Assembly (NCBI RefSeq): GCF_039654945.1
Contig: NW_027361797.1
Span: 34,534,001 to 34,598,000 of the forward strand
Reading direction: 5' to 3'
Length of the DNA: 64,000 nt
From: Dendrobates tinctorius
Lineage: Eukaryota
Part shown: piece by piece, positions 13,373 to 25,674 of the stretch
How positions within the stretch are numbered: the stretch's first letter is position 1
Layout of the letters: the number at the start of each line of letters is the position of its first letter
The notes under the pieces: generated by a model
The model's database searches: none
Seen by the model: only the letters and a program-made list of their open reading frames with translations
What the model was told of the DNA's origin: nothing
Position numbers and translations under genes: made by a program

Positions 13373-13574
13373 TCCTCTTTATTCCAGCGTTGATTACTGA
13401 CATTTTTTACTCGCAAGTCATGGACTGTCTAGGTCAGCCTTTTATCTAGATCTCACAATATTGTGCATGTTTGGTAATCTGATTATTTAACTTGTAGGTC
13501 CTTCAATTGGTGTGTTTTCTTGGGATTATGTTCTCCACGAATGAATGTACACACATTGCATGCAATATGTACCA

Positions 13575-14795
13575 ATAAACCAGGGTGCTGAGGTATGACG
13601 AGGCTGCTCACACTGTTGTCCACCCTGCTTATCTGATCTGATACTGAAGATACCAGAGGTGCTAAAGTAAGTAGAGGATGCTTGCATTGCTGTCCACTAT
13701 GTGTATCTGATCTAATACAGGAGATAATACGGGTGCTCAGGAATGAAGATGCTGTTCACACTGCTGTCCACCCTGTCTAGCTGATCTAATACTGAAGATA
13801 CCATAATTGTTGAGGTAAGAAGAGACTGCTCACACTGCTGTCCACTCTGTCTATCTGATTTAATACCATGAGTACCGAAGTAAGTAGAGGCTGCTCTCAT
13901 TGCTGTCCACTCTGTCTTTCTGCTCTAATACTGGAGATAAGAGACATGCTTGGCTTGCTGAGGTAAGAAGAAGTTGTTCTTTGTCTTTCTGATCTAACGT
14001 TGGCGGTTCCAGGAGTGTTCATATAAGAAAGGGCTGCTCACACTGCTGTCTACCCTATCTTACTGATCTAATACTGGAAATACCAGGGATTCTGAGGTAA
14101 AAAGAGGCAGCTCACACTGCAGTTAATCCTGTCTTTCTGATCTCATCCTTTAGATACTGGAAGTGATGAAGTAAGAAAAGGCTGCTCACACTGCTGTCCA
14201 CCCTGTCTATCTGATGTTATGCTGTAACACTGTGAGTGCTAAGGCAATAAGAAGCTGCTCACTCTGCTGTCCACCCTATTTTCCAGACCTAGTACTGGAG
14301 ATACCAAGGATGCCGAGGTAAATAGAGGCTGCTCACACTGCTGTCCACTTTGTCTATCTGGTCTAATACTATAAATTCCAGAGGTGCTGAGGTAAGAAAA
14401 AGCTACTCATACTGCTGTCTACCCTGTCTTACTGATCTAATACTGGATATACGAGTATCAGGGGTGCTGGGGCACAAAAAGGCTGTTCACACTGCTGTCA
14501 ACCATGCCTATATGATACTATGAGTACTGAGGTAAGATGAGGCCACTCACTCTGCTGTCCAACTTATCTGTCTGATCTAATACTGGAGATACCAGGGGTG
14601 CTGAGGCAAGGAGAGGCTGCTCACACTGCTGTCTACCGTGCCTGTCTAATCTAAGACTGGAGATATCAAGAATGCCGAGGTTAGAAGAGGCTGCTCACAC
14701 TGCTAACAACCATGCCTATCTTATCTATTACTGGATATATAAGGAGTGCTGAGGTAAGAAGAGGCCGCTCACACTGCTGTCCATCCTATCTGTCT
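13575..14795. repeat. Tandem satellite, about 73-77-bp unit, about 16 diverged copies
   Basis: Unit GAGGCTGCTCACACTGCTGTCCACCCTGTCTATCTGATCTAATACTGGAGATACCAGGGGTGCTGAGGTAAGAA. Confidence 0.9.
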
Positions 14796-15359
14796 GAGAA
14801 GAGACTACAGTGATCATTTGTAATAGATGGGAAATTCAAGAAACAAGTGCTCAATTCCTCTGCAGCACCACCACCATCCATTCCTTTTTAGCATTTATTA
14901 AAAGTGACCGTAAAAGGTAAAGGGGTAATTTCACAAACAATATTTATCACCTGTGTGAGAAAAAATATTTCAGGACCCTGATCCACTGATCAGGTTGACT
15001 GTCAGCGCCCTGTAAATGTCTGTCTGCCTGCTGGCATCTTTTGCTATTAACTAGGCTCAGTGTCATGCATGCATCATGCCACAATGATGACATTGCACCA
15101 GGCCTACTGACAATGCATGAACACGGCTCCATTCTCTTCAATGGAAAGTAAAGCAGTAGTCCGCATTCATGACCACTGCTTTATTCACAATTTTTATGCT
15201 AAGACAGTACCAGTGTTCATGCAGGACCACAGCTATGAGTTTATGGAAGCAGTAGGGTGCATGTGTGATTATTTCGTTATTACACTATCTACTTTTTTGG
15301 GTCTATGGAAGCATAATGCTCATGTAAGACCAGCACTTCTTTCACTGTCTATGAAACCA

Positions 15360-17215
15360 ATAGTCATAGAATGCTAGAGTTGGAAACGACCTCCAGGATC
15401 ATCTAAAGGAAAAAAGAGGGGGTCTCCAGCACCAAAATTGGTGAAAAAAGATAAAACTCACATTTATTAGGAAGGTTTTAAAATCATATTAATAAACCAC
15501 CATGACAGGCCGCACTGGACATCTCCTGGCATCAGACCGCTTATGGACTATATGGACACTGATGTACGGTAGGCTGAATATTTTTTCTTTTTTTTTTTGC
15601 TTTTTGCTCCAGGATCATCGTGTCCAACCCCCTGCTCAATGCAGGACTCACTAAACCATCTCGGACAGATGTCTGTCCAGCCTCCGTTTGAAGACTTCCA
15701 TTGAAGGAGAACTCACCACCTCTTGTGGCAGCCTGTTCCACACATTGATCACCCTCACTGTCAAAAGTTTTTTTCTAATATCTAATCTGTATCTTCTCCC
15801 TTTCAGTTTCATTCCATAGTTTCTCGTTTTTCCATGTGCAAATGAGAATAATGGTGATCCCTCTACACTGTGACCTCCCTTCAGATGTTTGTAGACTGCT
15901 ATTAAGTCTCCTGTTAGCCTTCTTTTTTGCAAGCTAAACATTCCCAGATCCTTTAACCATTTCTTGTAGGACATACTTTGCAGTTCGCTCACCATCGTGG
16001 TAGCTCTTCTCTAAACTTGTTCCAGTGTTTCAATGTCTTTTTTTAAAATGTAGTGCCCAGAAATGGACACAGTATTCCAGATGAGGCCTGACCAAGGAGG
16101 AGTAGAGGGGGACAATTACTTCATTTGATTTAGACTCCATGCTTCTCTTAATACATCCTAGAACAGTGTTTGCTTTTTTGTTGCTGCATCACACTGTTGA
16201 CTCATGTACTGTCTGTGATCTACAGGGTGGGCCATGTATGTGTATACACCTAAATAAAATGGTAATGGTTGGTGATATCAACTTCCTGTTTGTGGCACAT
16301 TAGTATATTGGAGGGGGAAAACTTTTCCGCAAATTCAGCGCCGATCTGGGTCATCCCCGTTGAGATGCTGCAGCAGCTGGAATTTGTAAGGGTGCCATTT
16401 GTGAGTAGCTAATATCTGCCGATGAGATGTTCGATTGATGCCAGATCGGTGCACTGAATTTGCAGAATGGGCAAAACAAAAATTGGAACAGGACCCTCAG
16501 TTTACACAGAACATGTTCAGTGATGAGGCAAAAAATTTTGAGTGGGCCATTTATATGGATACACCTAAATAAAATGGGAATGGTGACAGTTTTCTTGCGT
16601 GGGGTGTCTTGCATTGAAGTCTGCTGCAATGACCTGGGTACTGCGTTCACCAGACATCAACACAATTTCTATCCGCTCCTCACGTGTTAACCTCTGTGAC
16701 ATGTTAATGGCTGTGAACAAAGAGAAACTTGTAAATAACTCATGAAAGAATAAAGTTACATTAAAACCAAGCACACCATTGTTTTTCTTGTGAAAGTCTC
16801 AATAAGTTTGATGTGTCACATCACCCTCTTCCCATTGGAAAAAATAAACTTGGATCCAAAATGGCCAACTTCAAAATGGCCGCCATGGTCACCACCCATC
16901 TTGAAAAGGTTTCCCCCTCCCATATACTAATGTGCCACATTCAGGAATTTGATATCACCAACCATTCCCATTTTATTTAGTTGTATCCATATACACTACA
17001 TGGCCCACCCTGTATTAGTATACCCAAGTTTTTTTCACACGGGCTGTTGCTTAGTTCTATTTCTCCCATTCTATAGATGTAATTTTTGTTTTTCTTGCTG
17101 AGATATAGAATCTTGCATTTCTCCCTGTTAAATATGATTCTTTTAGTCACTGCCATTTCTCTGTCTTCTCAAAGATTAGCTATCTCTAGCTTTGCATTGT
17201 CTGCAAAATTGATTG
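15360..17215 (-). mobile_element. CR1 LINE 3' part, interrupted by two insertions (15404-15606 and 16223-17012)
   Basis: ORF 15651-15995 has the CR1 RT C-terminus (L..LGMFSL.KRRL.GDLIA.YK...TR...KL...WN.LP..VV....FK..LD); ATTCTATG tail at about 15365. Confidence 0.88.
16223..17012 (-). mobile_element. Internally deleted Tc1/mariner-superfamily DNA transposon
   Basis: Long TIRs CAGGGTGGGCCAT...ATGGCCCACCCTG flanked by TA; remnant of a transposase N-terminus MSQRLTREERIEIVLMSGERSTQVIAADFNARHPT. Confidence 0.8.
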
Positions 17216-19250
17216 GTTTACTTTTTAGTTGCGTATGTACATTTTCTTAGGCGTATAGAAAAGAATACAGCGGTGTTCACACATGCAGACTACCTTTCCC
17301 ATATACCCATACAAGTGAATGTACTGTATTATTGGCCATGCATGGGCACTACTTCTCTGCTCACAAGGGAGTCACATGACCTCTGATCTCTTGATCGGTG
17401 CGGTCCCAGCAGTCATACCCCAACAACAATGCATTTATTACTTATCCTGGGGATAGGTGATGAATGTTGTTCCATTTACCCTAACTTTTATAACGTTCTT
17501 GCTTTTCACAATCTAGTAACATACAATATGATATATGTAAAAGCAAAGTCACAATAATCACTGTGATGAATATCAGCTACCCCAGTGTTGTCAGACCTAT
17601 TCTTAATGTTCACCCGTCATATATCTGAACATGTTTCGGTGAATTTATTTGCATGTTTTATACACAGGACGTAAACCAGGACCACATGTCAGGTAAGGGC
17701 TGACATTTTCCAGCACTTCAGACTATGCAGCACTGGCCAGCTAATGAACACCATATGGAGAACTGCGAAGAAGGATACATGGTGGCATGTAGCAAGATAT
17801 CAACATAAAGATGTTCTACATGGGGTTTTTATATGCACAACGCTAATGCAAATTTCAACACTTTTCTATATTTACAAGCCATATGTACAGAGGTGTCTTT
17901 CCTTACCTTTCCTTTTAGACTAACTCATCAATAGATAAGTGGCATAAGACTACCAGCTTTAAAAAAATGCATAATTTTGCAAATATCCTGTCGGGAGCTG
18001 TTTATGCCATATGTTTAGCTATCGATGTAGACAGCATGAACTACTGACAGCCCACTGAGTGGTTGCTATCATCACGGGCACTGTAGTTGTGACGTCAATG
18101 CTTATTTCTTAAAACACAATTTCAGCATTTTACTTTACCCCTGGAGTGATGCCACTAGTCTAAATTCCCTGTCCCTAGTCTTCGTTATTGGCGCCGCTCC
18201 AGTCATCTTCTGCAGTTTGCTACCTGTTTAAATCACTCCAGTATTTGCAGATCAATCTGGAAGTCACAGCTCAACGTAAGTCTATGAGAAAATGAGCAAA
18301 GCCAGATGGAGGCTCTCATAGACTTAAATTGAGAGCCTGTGACCGCTTCCTCTGATTTCCAACCAGAAGTTATGGTGACAAGATGGTGGCGCAGGTCCAA
18401 AGCGGCGCCGGGAGAGATGAAGACATCAGCTGGTAAGTATAATTCTAAGCTCATGATAAAGAGAAAAAGAAGGCGGCACTTACTGTTCCTATTAAAAGAC
18501 TTTCATCTGTTAAAAAACATGGAGCCGGGGAGAAGTGTGAAGAGCAGAATGAATGGTGTTGTGATTGGGTCACCGAGGAGGAAAACAAGACCAAGCTAAG
18601 CCACAGAAAACAAGAGAGGTTGGTAACTAAGCAGATTGCAGACCCCTGATCCTATCCACACAACTAGCAGTAGCCGTGGAGCGTACCTACGATGATTCTA
18701 GACGCCTCGACACAGCCGGAGGACTAAACAAGCCTAAAGCAAGAAAAGGGGAAATCTAAACTGCCCCAGAGCAGACCCCAAAGAAATAGATAGCCCCCAA
18801 ACATATAATGTCGGTGAGACAAGATGAAAACACAAACACAGGTAGGAAAATAGGCTGAGCAAACGATGGGGCCCACACTAACTAGAAAGGACAGGAAAGA
18901 AAAGATACTGTCTGCAATCACATCAAAAAAACCCTGCAAAAATGTCCAATACTTCTGATAGCAAAAAAACCCTGAAGTCACTAGACTTCGCCCGCTATAT
19001 CAGCACTCTGGCATATTCTGAGAACAGAGCAAAAAGAGGCCAATCTAATAAGGGACAAAAAGCAAACTGGCAGAAACAGTAACATAAGAATGGAAATTCC
19101 GCCAAAGGAGTAGCATCAATACTCCTCAAAGGAATAGGCGCCCGCAGAGGTATCATGGGAAAACCACAATGTTTAGCAAAATCCAAATCCATCAGATTCA
19201 AAGCTACTCCTGAATCCACAAAAGCCATAGCGTAAAATGTGGATAAGGAG

Positions 19251-20184
19251 TGTAACGTCCGTCTGCGGTTCTGGGCTGCAGCCAGGCAACACCCCGAGAA
19301 ACACTGATACCCTTTACCCCTATACAGGGATCTGGATTTACAACAGAGCCCAGGAGGTACTGCCTGAATAGGAGCAGCGGCCAGAGCAGGACGGTCGTCA
19401 GAGTGAAGTACAAAAACGGCAGGCAATAGCAGAGTCAATTTCAGGCCAAGGTCAGAGTCAAAAACCAGGAGGGCGGCAGAGGTACAGAATCATTAGGAAG
19501 TAGCAGAGTCAGAATATCCAGGCCAAGGTCACAAACCAGGAGAGTAGCAGAAGTACAGAATCGTCAGGCAAAAGAGGGGTCAGAAATCCAGGCTGAGGTC
19601 AGAGTCAAAGAGAAATCAATCACTAAGTAACACACAGGGGAACCAAGAATATATCCGGCGGCTTGCAAGACCAGTCCCAAGGTATTTGAGGGATCAGGTC
19701 ATCCCTCACAGGTTCCTGGACTGGTGATGTCATTAGGGCCGCCCCCAGGACCAGGCCAGATGGAGTTGCAGTAACCCCCTGATGACTGACAGAGGGGCAA
19801 AGCCTGCGCCCACCAGATGCCTGCGCAGGAGCCACTTTTCTGTCACCACCATAACTCACGGGCGGACCACGGCGCCTCCCAGCGGCCGAGGCAGGAACAG
19901 CAGTCCCCGAGTCTGACAGTGAAGTGGCGGTCTGGCGCCTCCTAGTGGCCGTGACCGGAACAGCAGGCCTCGAATCCAACGGTGACGTGACAGATCGGCG
20001 CCTCCTAGTGGCTAAAGCTGGGACCATAGGCCCTGAGTCTGACGGCGACGTAATAGAACCACGGCGCCTCCCAGTGGCCGAGGCAGGAACAGCCGTCCCC
20101 GAGTCTGACGGCAAAGTGGCGGCCCGGCGCCTCCTAGTGGCTGCGACCGGAACAGCAGGCCCCAAATCTGACGGAGACGTGACT
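19251..20184 (-). repeat. 3' LTR of nested Gypsy (starts AGTCAC instead of TGTCAC)
   Basis: Direct repeat of 23745-24678; preceded by the PPT. Confidence 0.95.
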
Positions 20185-23100
20185 GTACCCCCCCTTCCAA
20201 GAGGGGCCTCCGGACCCTCAAAACCTGGTTTGTCAGGGTGAAGGAGGTGAAACCTTCTAATTAGTGCTTTTGCATGGATGTCCCGCGCAGGGACCCAGGA
20301 CCTCTCCTCCGGGCCGTAGCCCCTCCAGTGTACCAGATACTGTACGGACCCTCTTACAAGGCGGGAGTCAAGGACACCCTGGACTTCATACTCCAAGGAC
20401 CCTCCGACCGAAACGGGAGGAGGAGGGGACGGGACAGGGTGAATTGAGGAGCGATACAACTTGAGGAGAGACTTGTGGAAGACGTTGGGTTATTTGAAAG
20501 ACTGAGGGAGTTTTAAACGGAAGGCCACCGGGTTAATCACCTCTATAATCTCGTATGGACCAATAAATCTGGGACCCAGTTTGGCAGACGGTACTTTAAG
20601 CTTGATGTTTTTGGTGGAGAGCCAAACCTTGTCTCCAACTCCCAGGTGCGGTCCTTTGGATCGCCGTTTGTTCGCTGCCGAGGTCTGTCTAACCCGGGCC
20701 CCTTTCAAGTTAGAGTTTACCTCAGACCAAATGGTTTTTAAACGATGTATATTTTTCTCTACCCCAGGAAGCTCCGACATTCTGGCCGAGAATGAGCCAA
20801 AGCGCGGATGCAGCCCGTGGTTGCAGAAAAAGGTGGTAGACTTAATGGAGTCCTGATACTGATTATTTAGGGCAAACTCGGCTAGTGGCAGATGTTCTGC
20901 CCAATCGGACTGGTGTTCTGAGACGTAGCAACGAAGGTATTGCTCAAGAGCCTGGTTGACACGTTCGGTTTGACCATTGGTTTCAGGGTGGTAAGCCGAG
21001 GAAAAAGATAGCTCAATACCGATGCGTTTACAGAACGCCCTCCAGAACTTTGACACGAATTGGGTACCCCTGTCAGACACAATATTGACCGGGGCACCGT
21101 GTAAACGTACCACATGTACAATAAACAGTTTACTCAACGTTTCCGAGTTAGGTAACCCCGACAGGGGGACAAAGTGACATTGTTTCCTGAACCTGTCCAC
21201 CACCACCCAGATACACGTCTTTCCATCTGAGGACGGTAGGTCCGTAACGAAGTCCATGGAGATGTGGGTCCATGGACTCTCGGGGATGGGCAAGGACTGG
21301 AGCCAGCCGGCAGGGCGAGTATGGGAGGACTTGGCGCGGGCACAGACCTCACATGCTAAGACATATTCTTTGCAGTCCTTAACCACCGTCGGCCACCAAA
21401 AATTCCTAGTTATCAATCTGGCGGTATTATTGAGACCAGGATGGCCTGTCAAGACAGAGTCATGTGATTCTCTAAGTACTTGTAGTCGAAATGCAGGCGG
21501 AACGAACAATTTGTTGGGTGGCGTAGTGTCAGGGGCTTGTTCTGGGGATTTACGGATCTCCTCCAGAAGGTCCAATGACACTGCGGACACAATGATCCCA
21601 GTGGCCAATATCGGAACTGGTTCACAGTCCTCGGCTTGTGAGGGGCAGAAACTGCGAGAAAGGGCATCGGCACTCACATTTTTTTGTACCAGGGCAGAAG
21701 GTGATTATAAAATTAAACCTAGAGAAAAACAATGCCCACCTTGCTTGTCTAGGATTTAACCTTTTTGCTGATTCTAGGTATGTCAGGTTCTTATGATCGG
21801 TAATTACCGTGATCTTGTGTTTGGCGCCCTCGAGGAAGTGACGCCATTCCTCGAAGGCCCATTTAATTGCTAATAGTTCCCGATTCCCAATATCATAGTT
21901 TTTCTCCGTGGGAGAGAATTTGCGGGAAAAAAACGCACATGGACGAAGCTGAGTGAGGGATGTAGTGCCTTGTGATAGCACTGCTCCCACTCCGACTTCA
22001 GAGGCATCCACCTCCACAATAAATGGACGGTCCAGATCCGGCTGAACCAAAACTGGGTTGGCCACAAAACTCTCTTTTAACGTAGAAAACGCCTGAATTG
22101 CCTCAGGATTCCAGTTGGCCACGTCCGCCCCTTTCCGGGTCAGATCCGTGAGTGGCTTGGCAATCTCTGAGAAACCTCTAATAAACTTGCGGTAATAATT
22201 AGCGAACCCCAAAAATCGCTGCAGTGCTTTCAGCGATTTTGGTTGCACCCAAGCCTTAATAGGCTGGACCTTGGTAGGATCCATGCGGAAGCCTTTACCT
22301 GAAACCATGTATCCTAAAAACTGTACCTCCTCAGCAAAAAAGACACATTTCTCCAGTTTAGCAAACAAGGAGTGTTCACGTAGTCTTTGTAGCACAGAAC
22401 AGACGTGTTGAGAGTGTGTCACAGGGTCAGCAGAGTAAATCAGAATGTCATCTAAATACACCACGACATACACCCCACAAATGTCTCTAAAAATATCATT
22501 AACAAAGTGCTGAAATACGGCAGGTGCGTTGCTGAGTCCGAACGGCATAACCAGGTACTCAAAATGGCCAAGGGGTGTATTAAAGGCCGTTTTCAACTCA
22601 TCTCCCTTTCTTATGCGAACCAGATTATATGCCCCCGGAGGTCAAGTTTAGTAAACCAACGGGCTCCTGTTAGCTGATTAAAAAGATCAGGAATGAGTGG
22701 AAGTGGATACTGGTTTTTTATAGTGATTGCATTCAACTCCCGATAATCAATGCAGGGTCTGAGACCACCATCTTTCTTCTCCACAAAGAAGAACCCGGCC
22801 CCAACTGGAGAAATGGACGGTCTGATAAACCCTTTTCTTAGGCTATCTGCAATATAGTCATTCATGGCCTGACACTCTGGGCCAGAGAGATTAAATATTC
22901 TTCCCTTAGGGAGACGGGCATCCGGAATCAGATCAATAGGGCAATCATACTCTCTGTGAGGGGGTAGCTTTTCAGATTCTACAATAGAAAAGACATCCTC
23001 AAAATCTCTGAAAGCAAACGGTATGTGGGGGGTTTTGACCTTAACTTGGTTTACTGCCAAGGATATGCAATTTTTCTGACACTGTGGGCTCCAGCGTACA

Positions 23101-23576
23101 ACGTCACCCAAGTGCCAGTCGATGACAGGATTGTGCTGGCGTAGCCATGGCATACCCAGAATAACTGCAGAGGTTAAATTGTCCATCACAAAAAATGACA
23201 CCAGCTCAGTGTGTAAGGCTCCCACAGACATAGCAACCTTGGCAGTAACAAACTTAACCCCCTCCTGAATAATGGACGTGCCATTAATAGCCGTGGTTTT
23301 AATAGGGGCATTAAGTTTTAGTAGAGTTACACCCAGATTCCTAGCAGTCAAGGAATCCATAAAATTTCCTTCAGAGCCACTACCCACATACGCGTTTAAA
23401 CACAGCGATTTCTGACCACATGAAACTGAAATGGGTAATAAAACTTTAGCCGCATCTGCGGGCAATACCTGAGCCCCTGGGCAACCATAGCCAGAGTAGT
23501 TGCCCAGAGGTCGACGTGCCAGGAGCATGGATCTCTGAGGTGCAGCTCTCTCCCTGAAGACTCCAGACTTCCGCAT
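20185..23576 (-). pseudogene. Gypsy pol (protease, RT, RNase H, integrase, chromodomain), disrupted
   Basis: [66 protein letters not shown]...YLVHWRGYG.EE.SW. Frameshifts near 22630 and 21680, stop at 20490, protease DSG changed to GSG. Confidence 0.93.
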
Positions 23577-23744
23577 AGTTGTCCAAGAAAATGAGAGAGA
23601 TCTTCCAGGCTGTGCACTGCAACAGGTGTTCAGGCTAAAAATCAGCTCAGTCAGAAGAAGAAAAAAAAAAAAAGTTCAGGGAGACTGCTTTTGTATATGT
23701 TGGGTATATACACAAGAAGCAGTTAATTTTACGGCCGGATATAA

Positions 23745-24678
23745 TGTAACGTCCATCTGCGGTTCTGGGCTGCAGCCAGGCAACACCCCGAGAAACACTG
23801 ATACCCTTTACCCCTATACAGGGATCTGGATTTACAACAGAGCCCAGGAGGTACTGTCTGAATAGGAGCAGCGGCCAGAGCAGGACGGTCGTCAGAGTGA
23901 AGTACAAAAACGGCAGGCAATAGCAGAGTCAATTTCAGGCCAAGGTCAGAGTCAAAAACCAGGAGGGCGGCAGAGGTACAGAATCATTAGGAAGTAGCAG
24001 AGTCAGAATATCCAGGCCAGGGTCACAAACCAGGAGAGTAGCAGAAGTACAGAATCGTCAGGCAAAAGAGGGGTCAGAAATCCAGGCTGAGGTCAGAGTC
24101 AAAGAGAAATCAATCACTAAGTAACACACAGGGGAACCAAGAATATATCCGGCGGCTTGCAAGACCAGTCCCAAGGTATTTGAGGGATTAGGTCATCCCT
24201 CACAGGTTCCTGGACTGGTGATGTCATTAGGGCCGCCCCCAGGACCAGGCCAGATGGAGTTGCAGTAACCCCCTGATGACTGACAGAGGGGCGGAGCCTG
24301 CGCCCACCAGATGCCTGCGCAGGAGCCACTTCTCTGTCACCACCATAACTCACGGGCGGACCACGGCGCCTCCCAGTGGCCGAGGCAGAAACAGCCGTCC
24401 CCGAGTCTGACAGTGAAGTGGTGGTCTGGCGCCTCCTAGTGGCCGTGACCGGAACAGCAGGCCTCGAATCCAACGGTGACGTGACAGACCGGCGCCTCCT
24501 AGTGGCTAAAGCTGGGACCATAGGCCCTGAGTCTGACGGCGACGTAATAGAACCACGGCGCCTCCCAGTGGCCGAGGCAGGAACAGCCGTCCCCGAGTCT
24601 GACGGCGAAGTGGCGGCCCGGCGCCTCCTAGTGGCTGCGACCGGAACAGCAGGCCCCAAATCTGATGGAGACGTGACA
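23745..24678 (-). repeat. 5' LTR of nested Gypsy (TGTCAC...GTTACA) with internal 57/60-bp GC-rich repeats
   Basis: Direct repeat of 19251-20184 with few substitutions. Confidence 0.95.
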
Positions 24679-25674
24679 AGGAGCAGATCAGAGTAATTGC
24701 CAAAGAAACTTAGGTTTTACACTGCCCACAGCAAAAGTGTGTGCAAAACGTTTCTCTCGTTTAGGGCAGACAGAAATAGTATGAGAGGCATCTCCACAGA
24801 AAAAACACAGCTTATTACGCCTTCTAAACTCCTGACGTTGCGCCCTAGACAAAACCCCATCACATTGCATAGGTTCAGACATTTGTTCAAAAGGTGACAG
24901 CGCCTCCCGTGTAGTTTTACATTCACGTAAACGCCGATCAACTTGAATGGCTAATGACATAGAATCATCCAGACCAGAGGGAACAGGAAATCCCACCATA
25001 ACATCTTTTACGGTTTCTGACAAACCCTTCCGAAAGAGAGATGACAATGCACCATCATTCCAGGTAGTAAGGACCGCCCACTTTTGGAATTTTTGACAAT
25101 ATAACTGCAGAATCCTGACCCTGGTTCAATGCCAATAGGCAGGGGTGGGCTGGGCTGGGTGTAAGAGAGGCATTTGCCCCTCGGGCTGGTTAATTAGCGT
25201 CAGACAGGGCCGCGCCACTCACCCGCCCGCCCCGCAGCCACAGCCACAGCCTGTACATTACATGATATAAAACATGGCCGTGGCCCCCAGTACAGGTGGA
25301 GAGGAGAGTGTGAGCGGCGGCCAAACACAGAGCAGAAGACACAGCGCGGTGGTGGTGGGCGGGACTCAGTCACTGCACTGACTGCAGGCTGAGACCGCGT
25401 TGCCGTGGCAGCCGGCGACGCAGTTATTGGAGCAGTAGGTAGCTGGGGGGGCAGAGGGGGCTGTGGCTCACTCACTGTTACATTCTGCGCCTGCCCAGTG
25501 CGGCCACTATAGTCAATCTTTTCTGTGTGCAGCGCACAGGCCCTGTGATGAGGTCACAGGAGGGGAGGAGTCGGGGGTCACATGATCAGGGCCCTCAGTG
25601 TATGCAGGACTCTGCTGTGCTGTTGTCATCGTGCTGGATGAGGGCAAGTGTATGTGTGCAGTCAGGAGGGGTTT

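Larger units (their letters stand above)
19251..24678 (-). mobile_element. Gypsy chromovirus-type (Sushi-like) LTR retrotransposon, gag-deleted, with both LTRs and a 5-bp TSD
   Basis: 934-bp LTRs at 23745-24678 and 19251-20184; TSD AGGAG at 19246-19250 and 24679-24683; PPT GGAAGGGGGGGTAC before the 3' LTR; PR-RT-RNaseH-IN-chromodomain order. Confidence 0.96.
18557..25135 (-). mobile_element. Older, deleted Gypsy element (gag fragment, protease fragment, LTR-like end) hosting a nested element
   Basis: gag region F.KGL...VKD...L...M.LAIQVDRRLRE and CCHC knuckle CFFCGDASHTISVC (24688-25047). Protease AFVDSG.ALNLMD resumes below 19250 and then joins LTR-like sequence 18557-19090. Confidence 0.75.

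Noticed and set aside
13575-14795. CRISPR-like periodicity
   Set aside because: Whole units are homologous with no unique spacers, and the context is eukaryotic.
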